Of a stretch of 64,000 bases of DNA, positions 1-10,554 are shown piece after piece. The stretch spans positions 416,001 to 480,000 of the forward strand of contig CAVTBU010000005.1 in assembly GCA_963733035.1 (NCBI GenBank). Direction: 5' to 3'. Made by a program: the position numbers and the translations under genes. Each line of letters starts with the position of its first letter. Position 1 is the first letter of the stretch. The notes under the pieces are model-generated. The model saw nothing but the letters and a program-made list of their open reading frames with translations, was not told the origin of the DNA and searched no databases. This DNA comes from Pirellulales bacterium. Lineage in GTDB: Bacteria > Planctomycetota > Planctomycetia > Pirellulales > PALSA-1355.

Positions 1-1578
1 GGCCAGAATCGTCGCCATTACACCCTTGGAAAACGCGCCGACGACACCCTCACGCGTGGCCAATTCACCGGCCTTGCCTGAGCCGACGAAGCCTGGAATG
101 GGAATCTCCCACACGCCCAGAAAGCTGAGCGCCATGACAAACACGATCCCAACCATCACCACATTGAACGAGGTGAAACTGAACTGCTCCCCCCAGTTGA
201 GATTCGTGCTGCCCAAACCCAGGCTGGCCAACGAGGCAAGCGTCGCCAACACCATGAAAACGGTAAGCGTGCCCAAGGCGTACCAAATGTTGAGCTTGAG
301 AATCTGCGCCCGACTGCGCCCGGCCTGCTCGGCAAACGACAGAATTTTGAGCCCGATCACTGGCAGAACGCAGGGCATGAAATTCAGAATAAAACCACCC
401 ACAAGACCGGCCAGCATGACCAGCGGTAAGGACCAGGCCAAACTTCCGCCGGTAATTTGTACGGGCTGCTCATCGGCATCGACGGGCAGCGGCTGACTGG
501 CGGCCACCTTCGCGGCCTCACCGTATTTCGCGTCTGTGAACGAGAGCGCCGAGGCGCCACTCTCGGCTGTCGCGGCAATTTCAAGGGTGCCCGAGAACTT
601 CGCCGCGCGCGGCAGATCACAGCGTGAGTCGAGGCAGGTTTGAAAACCGATGTATCCTTCGATCGGGTATTTCCCCGGTTTGGTGTCCTGGGGAATCACG
701 ATCGGTGTGGTCCATTTCACCTGACCTTCGTAGTAACGCGCCGCCGGTAGGCCAGGCGCCAGTGGGACACCGTCTTTGGCGGGCGAGCTGGCCGTGGTCT
801 TTTTGATTTGGAAACCCGACGTATTGCTCAGGCCGATCACGGTCGGTTTGTTCCCAAGGGCGCCCTCATCGCGCGTGGCCAGTTCGTAGATATGCCAACC
901 GGGCGGCGTATCGGCCGAAAGCACCAGGTTGACCGTCGATCCCGGAGTCGCGACGCGAGGCTCCAGGTAGCCGCGAATCGTCGCATGCGTGTTGGGGTGC
1001 GTGTACTCGACGATCGATTCGGTGACCGTCGCCGCCTCCTGACGCTCGGCTTCGAAGGCATAGTCGGTCGGTGGCAGACAGGTCCCGACTTTGCAAACTT
1101 GCGATCGCACGACGCCTTTGACCTTGAGCTTGTTCAAGTCCGCGCCGGGCCGAAACTCAATCGGGGCTTGCCAGGTGACCTCGCCAGAAAACTCCTCCAG
1201 CGTGAAATCCCCGTCGTGCACAACCTTCGGCGGCAACGTCGAACGAAAATCGCCTGCTAGACGGTAGTCGTCTGAAGGCTCAACGGTGATCTGTGTGGGT
1301 AGGGCGCCATGCGGCTTTTGCTCCGTGGAATAGGTGTACCAGGGCGCTTCGATCTGGGCCGTGATCGATAGGAGACCCTCTCGCCCATGGCTCGGAGGTA
1401 CGAAGTGAGCGAAGACCGAGACGATCGTTTGCGGAGATCCGGCTGACACGCCAGCCTGCCCCAACGGTCCGCCGCTCAAAATGTCGCTCAACTGGGCTGA
1501 GGCGCTGCTGGCCGCGACCGAGAGCATTGCGACCGCCATACTCATTGGCACAAGACGCCGGATCGGGAATGCGAGCAT
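1..1578 (-). CDS. Thiol:disulfide interchange protein DsbD family (3' end runs off window)
   Basis: ATG at 1578 with signal-peptide-like N-terminus. Same frame near the window edge reads LNFMPCVLPVIGLKILSF...WGEQF...LGVWEIPIPG...GAFSKGVMATILA, typical of the DsbD transmembrane domain. No stop-terminated ORF is listed in this frame. Confidence 0.85.
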   Translation of the reverse strand, partial: MLAFPIRRLVPMSMAVAMLSVAASSASAQLSDILSGGPLGQAGVSAGSPQTIVSVFAHFVPPSHGREGLLSITAQIEAPWYTYSTEQKPHGALPTQITVEPSDDYRLAGDFRSTLPPKVVHDGDFTLEEFSGEVTWQAPIEFRPGADLNKLKVKGVVRSQVCKVGTCLPPTDYAFEAERQEAATVTESIVEYTHPNTHATIRGYLEPRVATPGSTVNLVLSADTPPGWHIYELATRDEGALGNKPTVIGLSNTSGFQIKKTTASSPAKDGVPLAPGLPAARYYEGQVKWTTPIVIPQDTKPGKYPIEGYIGFQTCLDSRCDLPRAAKFSGTLEIAATAESGASALSFTDAKYGEAAKVAASQPLPVDADEQPVQITGGSLAWSLPLVMLAGLVGGFILNFMPCVLPVIGLKILSFAEQAGRSRAQILKLNIWYALGTLTVFMVLATLASLASLGLGSTNLNWGEQFSFTSFNVVMVGIVFVMALSFLGVWEIPIPGFVGSGKAGELATREGVVGAFSKGVMATILA

Positions 1579-1737
1579 GCCCCTTATATCCTTATCCAGT
1601 AAAGCATTAAGAGCGCGAAAAGCCAGCCAATTCTAACGAGGTTCGCGCGAATGGGTCAACGTCGAACCCCTCAGGGATCGCTGGTTATACGCAAGCCGGT
1701 GGATGTCGGGTCGCGCGCTTGGCGGTCTAAATCGAGC

Positions 1738-2751
1738 CTAACCAACCGCTTGCGATAGCCACACGAGTCTGGTTACGAACTCGTCTACACGCCGCAAGAC
1801 AGCGTCCCGGTGGGCAAACTGCCGGTCCTCCAGGTAAATCCACTCGAGCCATTGGAGACCGCCCATCAAGACCGTGCTGCGGTCGAACGCGGTCACCAAC
1901 ATTCGCTCATCGTTGCTGAGCCGACGCACCGACTCGTACGCCGCCAGCCCGCGCTGCCAATCGGCCCGCACGTCGATGGCCAGGCTCCCCAGCAGTCGGG
2001 CCACGTCGGCCGCGACGTTTTCCGCCCGCATGGCGCCGAAATCGACGATCCCGCTAACTTCGTCGCCGACGAATAGAACATTCGCATGCCACACATCGCG
2101 AATACATGGCTCCAAGGCCACGTCCAGACCACCCGCTTGTTCCAACAGCGGGAGAAGTTTGGGACCTACGACGGCGGCCAATTCAACCAGTCGATGACCG
2201 CGCGCCGCAAGTTCGGGCCAGTCTCCCTCGAGCACTGCCCTGCGCAGGTGCCTGAGCCGGCCGTTTAAAAGGCCCTGCAAGCGCAACGCGCGGTCAGCCA
2301 TGCCCGGCGAACCGATAGGGCCAGTTTCAGCCAATGGAAAGGTGCGAGCAGCCTGGTGGAATTGCGCCAGCGCCTGCATTGCGTTTTCCAACCGTGCCGT
2401 GTTCGGATGGCGACGATAGTCGGCATCGCCGGGAAGCCAAGGAGTCAGTTCCCACAGGTGCCCGGCGTGGCGGATGAACCCGTGGTGGTGATTGGTTTCC
2501 AGTGGCAGGGGAACCCGCGAGAAGCCCTCCTGGTCGACATGCCACAACACCGCTTGTACAAATTGCAGGCGTTCCGGGCTGGGGTGGTCGGCGGGCCAAC
2601 GCCGCAAGCACAATTCTCCCCGAGGTGTGCTCAGCCGCCACAGTGCCGCACCGCTGAAGCTGTCGGCCGGTTGCAAGTGCTCGGCCGCCTGCGGCTGACA
2701 ATCGTCCGGCCAGAGCCGCACGATGCGCTGGATTTCGCGGTCGACCGCCAT
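1738..2751 (-). CDS. APH/homoserine kinase type II-like phosphotransferase
   Basis: 337 aa; catalytic-loop-like RDVWHANVLF and IVDFG motifs; LAQFH helix. Confidence 0.75.
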   Translation of the reverse strand: MAVDREIQRIVRLWPDDCQPQAAEHLQPADSFSGAALWRLSTPRGELCLRRWPADHPSPERLQFVQAVLWHVDQEGFSRVPLPLETNHHHGFIRHAGHLWELTPWLPGDADYRRHPNTARLENAMQALAQFHQAARTFPLAETGPIGSPGMADRALRLQGLLNGRLRHLRRAVLEGDWPELAARGHRLVELAAVVGPKLLPLLEQAGGLDVALEPCIRDVWHANVLFVGDEVSGIVDFGAMRAENVAADVARLLGSLAIDVRADWQRGLAAYESVRRLSNDERMLVTAFDRSTVLMGGLQWLEWIYLEDRQFAHRDAVLRRVDEFVTRLVWLSQAVG

Positions 2752-3040
2752 TGGAAGTCTCGGGAAGTGGCCGGAAAACGGGTGCCCTGGGCGTAATCGC
2801 TATGTATAATACAGATCGCATCCCCGAGACGGGCAATTCGGGAATTCACTCCAAAAGCGACCCTCCCCGCCGGCTGGCCCGTACTACAACTGTCTGCGGC
2901 GCGTTCGACTGTCGGGAGCTGGCTAGGTTAGGCTATATTTAACGCGGATGCGGCTCGCGCTTGATGGACGGCAGCGCCGCCGGGTAAAGTCCCGGCAAAT
3001 CCCTTCCCCCTTCGATCTCCCTTGGATTGCGAGAGAATTC

Positions 3041-5752
3041 ATGGCAAAGCACCTTGCTGGATTGGGCATCGTTCTGACACTGGCCTTGCTGCTGGGCACG
3101 GCATCCACCGCCCTGGGCCAGGAGGTAACCTCCGCCGAAACCTCGGACACCGCATCCAAGGACTCGAAAAGCAAATCCACGGAGTCGGCGTCGTCCGAAA
3201 AGAGCAAGCCGAAGCATCCCGCGTATGCCGACGTGATCAAGGATCACGAAACGATCGATGGCCTGATCAAAATGCATCGCAAGGGTAACCGGCTGTTAGG
3301 TGAGTTTGGCAGCCGGCAGCTCGACAAAGACTTCATCGTGTTGATCTCAATTGCCAAGGGCATTGGCCGCGGCTCGCTGCTCGGCGGCATGAGTTGGGGC
3401 TTTGGCGACGATTGGATTTGGCAGTTCCGCAAGGTCGACGACCGCATACACCTGGTTCGCCGCAACGTTCGATTTACTGCCGACAAGTCCGATCCGCAAC
3501 AACGAGCCATCGATTTGGCCTATACCGATAGCGTTCTATTCAGCTTGCCGATCTTGACCACCGCTCCGGACGGCGCGAACGTCGTCGACTTGACTTCCGT
3601 ATTCATGAGCGACTTGCCGCAGATTTCGTCCGTGCTGCCGGGGTTCTCTTTTTCGGACAACAAGAGCACCTGGGCAGAGGGATTCCCTAAGGGCAAAAAC
3701 AAGGGACTGACCGACAACATCGAGTTGGAAGTAGCCGCCACGTATGCTTCGAGTGGTCATCAGGACATCGACTCGGTGGCAGATAGCCGCGGCGCCAGCA
3801 TCCACGTGCATTATTCAATCAGCCTACTACCCGCGAACGGCTACAAGCCGCGCCTGGCCGATGATCGCGTGGGCTACTTCCTGACCGTGATCAAGGATTG
3901 GTCGAAGAAGAGTGATGACGACCGCTTCGTGCGGTACATCAACCGCTGGGACCTGCAGAAGGCGGATTCGTCGGCCGAACTTTCTCCACCCAAGAAGCCG
4001 ATTATCTTCTACTTGGAAAAGACGATCCCTTACGCTTATCGCAAGCCGATCCGCGAAGGCATTGCAGAGTGGAACAAGGCCTTTGAAAAGGCGGGCTTCG
4101 CCAACGCCATCGAAGTTCGCCAGCAGCGAGACAGCGATGATTGGGATCCCGAAGATATCAACTACAACACGTTCCGATGGATCACCGCCGGCGCCGGCTT
4201 TGCCATGGGTCCCTCGCGCGTGAACCCGCGGACCGGCCAGATTCTGGATGCCGACGTCATTTTCGACGCCGACTTCTTGCAGTTCTGGAAGCAAGAGTAC
4301 GAGAACTTCACCCCGGAGGCCGTGGCGGCCATGACCGGCGGAGCCCTCGACCTGCGGAGCTACCAGGAGCAGCAAAAAAACCGCCCGCACTTGCACCACG
4401 GCAGCGTGTGCGAATTCCATCATGGGTTGGCCCGCGAATTGGCGTTTGGCTCGCACGTGTTGGCCAGTCGCACCAGCAACCCGGCCGACCGCGAGAAGCT
4501 CGTTACGCAGGGCCTCAAGGAAGTGACGATGCACGAAATTGGCCACACGTTGGGCCTGCGTCACAACTTCAAGGCCAGCACGATGCTGACGCTGGAGGAA
4601 GTCAACGACGTGTCCAAGACCGACCAGGTGGGCCTGACGGCCTCGGTGATGGACTACGCCCCGGCGAACCTGATGCCTCAGGGAATGACGCAGGGAGACT
4701 ACTTTTCCTCGACCATCGGCCCGTACGACATGTGGGCCATTGAGTATGGTTACAAGCCACTTTCGGGCGGCACTGAAGGGGAAGTCGCGGAGCTGAAGAA
4801 GATCGCGGCCCGCTGCGGGGAAGCCGACCTGGCCTACGCGACGGACGAAGACACGCGCGGCATTGATCCTGATCCGTTGTCGAATCGCTTCGATATGGGC
4901 GAGGACCCAATTGCCTACGCCAAACTGCGGGCCCAGTTGATCAGCGAACAATGGCCGACCGTGCTCAAGGAATCGACCAAGGACGGCGAAGGCTATCAGA
5001 AAGCACGCCAGGCGTTTGGCGTGCTGCTGGCCAATCACGGCCGCGCGATGCACTTTGCTTCGCGCTATGTGGGCGGTCTGTACGTGAGCCGCGCGCACAA
5101 GGGAGACCCGGATGCCGCGCCACCGTTTACGGTGGTCGATCCGGCCAAACAACGCGAAGCGCTGGCGCTGGTCGAGGAGCAGGTTTTTAGTGACAAGCCG
5201 TTCCAATTCCCGCCGGAACTCTACAATCATCTGGCGTCCAGCCGCTGGTCGCACTGGGGCTCGTCGATTCCGTTGCGAACGGACTTTCCCGTGCATGACG
5301 TGATTTCGATGTGGCAGGAGCGGATCCTCGAGCAACTTATGTCGCCGCTGACGCTTGATCGCTTACACGACACGGAATTGCAGATTCCGGCAGATCAAGA
5401 CGCACTCACCACGCCGGAGTTGCTCGACAGTTTGACCAAGTCGATTTTCTCAGAAATTGAGAAGATGCCGGCAGGCGAATACACCAACCGGAAGCCAGCC
5501 ATCAGCAGCCTCCGCCGCAACCTGCAGCGGTCGTACCTGCGGCGGTTGTCGGAGTTGGCCCTGGGCCGCACTGGCGCTCCGCACGATTGCGAAACGGTGG
5601 CCTACAGCGAACTGTCGGCGCTCGAAGGGCGGATTAATGAATTGCTCAAGAGCGACGTCAAACTCGACACCTACAGCCGGGCGCACCTGGAAGAATCGGC
5701 CAGTCGGATTCATCGGGTGTTGGACGCGCGGTTCAATCTGACTTCGCCGTAG
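3041..5752 (+). CDS. Secreted zinc-dependent metalloprotease (EcxA-like, DUF5117/DUF4953 type)
   Basis: Signal peptide from ATG 3041; HEIGHTLGLRHNF metzincin motif; Met-turn SVMDY; PRLADDRVGYF. Confidence 0.9.
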   Translation: MAKHLAGLGIVLTLALLLGTASTALGQEVTSAETSDTASKDSKSKSTESASSEKSKPKHPAYADVIKDHETIDGLIKMHRKGNRLLGEFGSRQLDKDFIVLISIAKGIGRGSLLGGMSWGFGDDWIWQFRKVDDRIHLVRRNVRFTADKSDPQQRAIDLAYTDSVLFSLPILTTAPDGANVVDLTSVFMSDLPQISSVLPGFSFSDNKSTWAEGFPKGKNKGLTDNIELEVAATYASSGHQDIDSVADSRGASIHVHYSISLLPANGYKPRLADDRVGYFLTVIKDWSKKSDDDRFVRYINRWDLQKADSSAELSPPKKPIIFYLEKTIPYAYRKPIREGIAEWNKAFEKAGFANAIEVRQQRDSDDWDPEDINYNTFRWITAGAGFAMGPSRVNPRTGQILDADVIFDADFLQFWKQEYENFTPEAVAAMTGGALDLRSYQEQQKNRPHLHHGSVCEFHHGLARELAFGSHVLASRTSNPADREKLVTQGLKEVTMHEIGHTLGLRHNFKASTMLTLEEVNDVSKTDQVGLTASVMDYAPANLMPQGMTQGDYFSSTIGPYDMWAIEYGYKPLSGGTEGEVAELKKIAARCGEADLAYATDEDTRGIDPDPLSNRFDMGEDPIAYAKLRAQLISEQWPTVLKESTKDGEGYQKARQAFGVLLANHGRAMHFASRYVGGLYVSRAHKGDPDAAPPFTVVDPAKQREALALVEEQVFSDKPFQFPPELYNHLASSRWSHWGSSIPLRTDFPVHDVISMWQERILEQLMSPLTLDRLHDTELQIPADQDALTTPELLDSLTKSIFSEIEKMPAGEYTNRKPAISSLRRNLQRSYLRRLSELALGRTGAPHDCETVAYSELSALEGRINELLKSDVKLDTYSRAHLEESASRIHRVLDARFNLTSP

Positions 5753-5900
5753 TTGGCTGCATCTTGTGCCGTGCGGCCCCCGCCAGAGCCGCAGGCTGAG
5801 CGTGCCGTTTGGCAACCAGCGGTATGACGGCTGCGCTTTCAAATCCGGCGCTCCATGCTATGCTACCCGGCGGGACTAGCGTTGCCGGAGGACTCTGCGG

Positions 5901-6248
5901 ATGAAACTCATCGTTGCGATCATTCAGCCAACTAAACTACACGCGGTGCGCGAAGCGCTTGATAAGATCGGCGTCATGCGAATGACGGTTTGCGACGCCC
6001 AAGGCTACGGACGCCAGCGGGGGCAAACCGAGTTCTATCGCGGCAATGAATATCGCACGAACCTGCTGCGCAAAGTCGCCCTGGAGATCACGGTCAACGA
6101 GGACTTTGTGGAGCGGACTCTCGAAACCATCACGAACGTTGCTCGCACCGGCCCGGAGGGAACGATCGGCGACGGCAAGATTTTCGTGCTGCCAACTGCC
6201 GAAGCAATCGACATCGCCGGTGGCCGCCGCGGCCCCGAGGCCGTTTGA
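5901..6248 (+). CDS. P-II family nitrogen regulator (divergent C-terminus)
   Basis: GYGRQRG, YRGNEY T-loop, IGDGKIFV; GGAGG RBS. Confidence 0.93.
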   Translation: MKLIVAIIQPTKLHAVREALDKIGVMRMTVCDAQGYGRQRGQTEFYRGNEYRTNLLRKVALEITVNEDFVERTLETITNVARTGPEGTIGDGKIFVLPTAEAIDIAGGRRGPEAV

Positions 6249-6643
6249 TTCTTTCTCGTCCCCAACCTTTCAGCCCTGCTCGCCTGATGGCCGTCCTCGC
6301 ATTGATCTCTGATTTGATGATGCAATCGCAGGTTTCCAGCGCCGCCGAACGGGCGGGCGTCGAGCTGAGCGTCGTCTCTTCGGAAGCCGCGCTCGCTGAA
6401 CAGACGGCCGGGAGCGACGTTAAGCTGGTCATCGTTGACCTCAGCCATCCGAAACTTGATCCCGCGGATGTGATGGCGCGACTGCGACCTGTTCTACCAC
6501 CCGATGCGGTCACACTCGCCTTCGGTCCTCATGTGCACAAAGCGCGATTGGACGCCGCGTCACGGGTGGGATTCACGCACGTCCTATCGCGTGGACAGTT
6601 CCACGCGAACATGGAATCGTTGCTGCAAGCAACGGGCGAATAA
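6245..6643 (+). CDS. Small atypical receiver (CheY-like) domain protein
   Basis: TTG start overlaps P-II stop; LVIVDL beta3-Asp motif; AFGPHV; Arg in place of the conserved Lys. Alternative ATG at 6287. Confidence 0.6.
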   Translation: MILSRPQPFSPARLMAVLALISDLMMQSQVSSAAERAGVELSVVSSEAALAEQTAGSDVKLVIVDLSHPKLDPADVMARLRPVLPPDAVTLAFGPHVHKARLDAASRVGFTHVLSRGQFHANMESLLQATGE

Positions 6644-6657
6644 GCGGCGGAAGACGG

Positions 6658-7896
6658 CTATGCCATCGATTCGCTCGATTCTTCGGCCACGACCGGCACG
6701 CCATCGGGACCGGTTTTTAGCGACGGGAGGCCATGCGGGGCTTGTTCGCCAGGCATGTAGACCTCGTCGAGCTCGGTGGCATCTACCAACCGTCGCAACA
6801 GGAAGTAGATCACCGTGGTCGAGGTCCAGAAGTAGCTAAACACGAACCCGAAGGCCAGCGTCAACAGGCAGTTGGTCCAGAATTCAATGATCCGAGCGCC
6901 GAGGTTTCCCGACGACCCGAGCGCCTGCTGGTCGATGAGCATGAGCTGATCGACGCCGCTCCCCCAACTGATAGCCCAACGACTCAGGGCAAGAATCCAA
7001 AACGCGAACAACGTCACCAGATACCAGCCGATCACGCCGGCCAACCCCGCGATCACGGCATAGCCGAGATAACGTAACGGCCGTTGATACACGTAGGAGT
7101 AGGAATGGCTGAGCGCGCCGAAAGCATCGGTTCCTTCCGCGCTGATCGCGCCCCACATCAGCGGAAAACCGAAGAACAGGCCGAGTAGCAGGAAGGCCAT
7201 CACAAAGCCCCCCAGCAATACGGCCGGCCAAACGATCGAGGCCGCCAACACGCCGACGTCGAGCCGCATCAGCACACCAAGACCGGCCAACAGGAGTGCG
7301 ACCAGGCCAGCCCCCAGCATCGGAAATAGCGGAGCCACGAAATAAGCGCCCAAACGCGAACTGGAAAACGCGATTGAGCCGGCCAGCGAAACATTCTCCT
7401 GCCGGGCAAACGCCACGGCTGCCTGGCGCGAAATCGCTCCGCCAAAAAATCCCCAGACCACTAGCGTCCATAGTGCACAACTCAGAAGATACATGAACTT
7501 TGTGAAAGTGGGGGCTTCGTACATGCTGAACATGCGGCGAAACGGCACTGCCAACTCGTTCCATCCAGTCATCAGCGGACTTTGGGCATACCAGTAATCG
7601 AGCGACGTCATGCGGTCAGCCGGAGCGATTGGTAAGGGGCGCTCCCATGCCAGCGGCCGTTCCCACGGCCAGCTGTTGTAGGCCTCCATATGCGCAGTCA
7701 CGGCGGGCTCTTGATCATGGTCGGTGAACGCCTCGTCCAGCACGCGCCAACCGGCGACTGTGCCGGCGACGGCAACCGCGGCCAATAACAGTGCCTTGAA
7801 ATTCAAAGCCATCCGAATCGCCGCGAAGATACGCAGCGCGGGAAAGATTTGCAGCCAGTCCACCGAACGAAGGTTGCCACGTTCCTCAGCCATCAT
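6658..7896 (-). CDS. Hypothetical multi-pass membrane protein
   Basis: 412 aa with several hydrophobic helices; C-terminal IYFLLRRLVDATELDEV. Confidence 0.8.
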   Translation of the reverse strand: MMAEERGNLRSVDWLQIFPALRIFAAIRMALNFKALLLAAVAVAGTVAGWRVLDEAFTDHDQEPAVTAHMEAYNSWPWERPLAWERPLPIAPADRMTSLDYWYAQSPLMTGWNELAVPFRRMFSMYEAPTFTKFMYLLSCALWTLVVWGFFGGAISRQAAVAFARQENVSLAGSIAFSSSRLGAYFVAPLFPMLGAGLVALLLAGLGVLMRLDVGVLAASIVWPAVLLGGFVMAFLLLGLFFGFPLMWGAISAEGTDAFGALSHSYSYVYQRPLRYLGYAVIAGLAGVIGWYLVTLFAFWILALSRWAISWGSGVDQLMLIDQQALGSSGNLGARIIEFWTNCLLTLAFGFVFSYFWTSTTVIYFLLRRLVDATELDEVYMPGEQAPHGLPSLKTGPDGVPVVAEESSESMA

Positions 7897-8060
7897 CGCG
7901 ACTCCGTACTGGCTTGTCGGGAGTCTTCCTGACGACCCCCACCATGGTCGGCAATTATACGGACTACGCAGTGGAGCCAGAATAGGAAATCGAGGAAAGA
8001 CAGAAATGAAAATCGCGGGCGCCGATAATTGCCCGTAGCCGCGCGATCGAATTTCCCGTG

Positions 8061-8252
8061 CTACTCGTCGTCCTCGTCGAGAAAGCGATGCGATGCGTCT
8101 TCTTCGGGCAACTCGCGAAAGGGAACCGAAATGTCCTCATCGAGCCACCGGCCCAAATCGATACGGCGGCACCGCTCACTACAAAACGGCATCGACCGAC
8201 TCTCGTGCGGGTCGAATTGCTTGGAACAGGTCGGACAACGGACCTTGGCCAT
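8061..8252 (-). CDS. yacG: DNA gyrase inhibitor YacG
   Basis: CPTC...PFCSERC..IDLGRW zinc-finger signature; acidic tail. Confidence 0.9.
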   Translation of the reverse strand: MAKVRCPTCSKQFDPHESRSMPFCSERCRRIDLGRWLDEDISVPFRELPEEDASHRFLDEDDE

Positions 8253-8269
8253 GATTCTTCACGCGGGAA

Positions 8270-8581
8270 CTAGTCGGAGCACTTCTTGCAACTGGACTTA
8301 TCGCCCGAGCAAGGGGTATCGCTGGACCCATTGCTGCTCGACGATTCGCTCGATTTGCTGGACGATGAATCGGCTTTGGCTGCTTTCTTGTACGATTCGC
8401 TACGGTAGTCGGTCGTGTAGAAGCCCGACCCCTTGAACACCAGCGCCGCGCCGGTGCCAAACAGACGCCGCAACTTCAGCTTTTTGCACTCGGGGCACTT
8501 CTTGATCGCGTCGTCTTTGATCGATTGAAACAGCTCGAACTTGTGGCCGCAACTATCGCACAGATAGTCATACGTTGGCAT
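8270..8581 (-). CDS. FmdB family zinc ribbon protein
   Basis: MPTYDYLCDSCGHKFE...CPEC...FKGSGFYTTDY; Ser-rich tail. Confidence 0.9.
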   Translation of the reverse strand: MPTYDYLCDSCGHKFELFQSIKDDAIKKCPECKKLKLRRLFGTGAALVFKGSGFYTTDYRSESYKKAAKADSSSSKSSESSSSNGSSDTPCSGDKSSCKKCSD

Positions 8582-8645
8582 AAACTGCGAACCTCCCACG
8601 AACTGACAATTAAAACGCGGCAGGCCTGCCGCGCGGAATGTTGTA

Positions 8646-9196
8646 TCAAGCCCCTTCGGGCAATGTCGAAACGATCACTTGGGCCGGCCGCACAACCCGC
8701 TCGTGCAACACGTAACCGTCTTGTGCCACCAGCACAACCGTGTTCGGCTCATGCTCGGCCGAGGGCTGCTGCGAGATGGCTTCGTGAAAGGCCGGATCAA
8801 ACGGCTGACCGAGGGCGTCGATCTTCTTGCAATCGTGATTGGCGAGCACCGACAACAAGCTCTGGGCCACGAGTTTGATGCCGTCAAGCAGTCCCGAACC
8901 CTGCGGCGACTTCTCGGCTGCTTCGATTGCCCGTTGCATATTATCCAGCACGGGCAACAGGTCGCGCAACAACGGCACCGCCGCGTAGCGCCGCTCATCT
9001 TCGAGCTCGCGGCGGGTTCGCTTGCGGTAGTTCTCCAACTCGGCCTGCGCCGAAGCACCCGATCCGAGGCGTCTTCCAGGTCGGCGCGAAGCTTGCTGAT
9101 TTCCTCTTCACCCGCTTCAAAGGCGGCATCAGCGGCTCCGGCAAGTCCCTCTCGCTGCGGTTTCAGATCACCTTCGTTTGCATGTTGCTTGGTCAT
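8646..9196 (-). CDS. grpE: Nucleotide exchange factor GrpE (1-nt frameshift at ~9051, probably a sequencing error)
   Basis: N-terminal part ...DRVLR in ORF 8675..9196; continuation AQAELENYRKR...FDPAFHEA...GY..HERVVRPAQVIV in ORF 8646..9038; adding one G restores the frame. Confidence 0.9.
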
Positions 9197-9246
9197 GTCT
9201 GGCTCTCTCCGTCGCGCTGGTTGCGGAATTGCCGGCAGCGCGGTTC

Positions 9247-10359
9247 TTACAATTGGCCTAAATATTCGCGCACCTTCTCGAAGAAGCTCTTGCGGTGTGG
9301 GCTGACGTCCACGTGTTCCTGGTCGGCCAGCTTACGCAACAAGCCCTCCTGCTCGGGACTCAAAGTCTTGGGCACCTCCACGTTCACCTGCACGAGCAGA
9401 TCGCCCACCGAACGGCCGCGCGGGCTGGGCATTCCCTGGCCGCGCATGCGAAAAACTTCGCCGGTTTGCGTACCGGCGGGAATCTTTAGTTCGTGGGGAC
9501 CGGCAAGCGTGGGCACCTCAATCTTGGCCCCCAAGGCCGCTTGCGTGTAGGTGATTGGAATTCGTACGACCAGGTGCTCTCCCTCGCGTTGAAACAGCGT
9601 ATGTTCCTTGACGGTGATGAAGCAGTAACAATCGCCGCGCGGCCCGCCGCTGGTGCTCGGTTCGCCCTCGCCCGGCAAGCGGATTCGCATTTGATCGTCG
9701 ATGCCGGCGGGAATTTGCACGTCTCGCTTCACTTTTCGCAGGACATATCCGGCGCCGCGGCAGGATTCGCAGGGATCTTTGACCATCGAGCCGGCGCCCT
9801 GACACGATGGACAGGTGGTCTGCACGCGAAAGATGCCGGTCGATTGGAGGATCTGACCACGGCCTCCGCAGTACGTGCACGTCGTCCGGCTGGTGCCTTT
9901 CTTTGCGCCACTGCCGGCGCAGTCATCACAGGCCTCGTGGCGTTTGAACTCGACGGTCTTGGTCACGCCGCGAGCCGCTTCAAGCAGATCGAGCGTCAAA
10001 TCGCAGCGGACGTCGCCCCCTTTGCTCGCGCGTCGCCGACCTCCGAACAAGTCGCCAAAGGCGCTGTCGCCAAAAATGTCCCCAAAGGCCGAGAAAATGT
10101 CGTTGACGTCGGAGAAGCCTCGCCCGGCGTTGCCCATACCGGCATGTCCGTAGCGGTCGTAGTGGGCGCGCTTTTCCTCATCGCCAAGCACTTCGAAGGC
10201 CTCGGCCGCCTCCTTGAAACGGACCACGGCCTCCTCGTCGCCGGGGTTTTTGTCCGGATGATACTTAATGGCGAGCTTGCGATATGCCTCGGCAATGACC
10301 TTGCCTGAACTCGTGCGTTCGATGCCGAGCACCTCGTAATAACAACGTTTGCTGGCCAT
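9247..10359 (-). CDS. dnaJ: Molecular chaperone DnaJ
   Basis: J domain with HPD, G/F region, four CxxCxGxG repeats; start 10359 or 10368. Confidence 0.97.
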   Translation of the reverse strand: MASKRCYYEVLGIERTSSGKVIAEAYRKLAIKYHPDKNPGDEEAVVRFKEAAEAFEVLGDEEKRAHYDRYGHAGMGNAGRGFSDVNDIFSAFGDIFGDSAFGDLFGGRRRASKGGDVRCDLTLDLLEAARGVTKTVEFKRHEACDDCAGSGAKKGTSRTTCTYCGGRGQILQSTGIFRVQTTCPSCQGAGSMVKDPCESCRGAGYVLRKVKRDVQIPAGIDDQMRIRLPGEGEPSTSGGPRGDCYCFITVKEHTLFQREGEHLVVRIPITYTQAALGAKIEVPTLAGPHELKIPAGTQTGEVFRMRGQGMPSPRGRSVGDLLVQVNVEVPKTLSPEQEGLLRKLADQEHVDVSPHRKSFFEKVREYLGQL

Positions 10360-10477
10360 TTTCACCATGATTTCGAGACAGCTTCGTCGAGGGAAGGGGG
10401 ACCGTTCAATTATAGGCCGCAGACCCCTGGGCGTATGCGCCAATTGGACTTGGGCCACCAGCCCGCTGGCGCCGCAA

Positions 10478-10512
10478 ACGGGCCACTTCAGAATGGCGCT
10501 GAAGTGGCCCGT
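10478..10512 (-). terminator. 14-bp perfect hairpin between groEL and dnaJ (partial terminator or mRNA stabiliser)
   Basis: ACGGGCCACTTCAG-N7-CTGAAGTGGCCCGT; only a short U tract on the minus strand. Confidence 0.55.
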
Positions 10513-10554
10513 CGGCTCAGGTTTCCGACCGCGATACGAAGGGCTGGCAGCCGC

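Noticed and set aside
8646..9196. grpE as a true pseudogene or programmed frameshift
   Set aside because: No slippery heptamer; both halves are well conserved; same error context as six other indels
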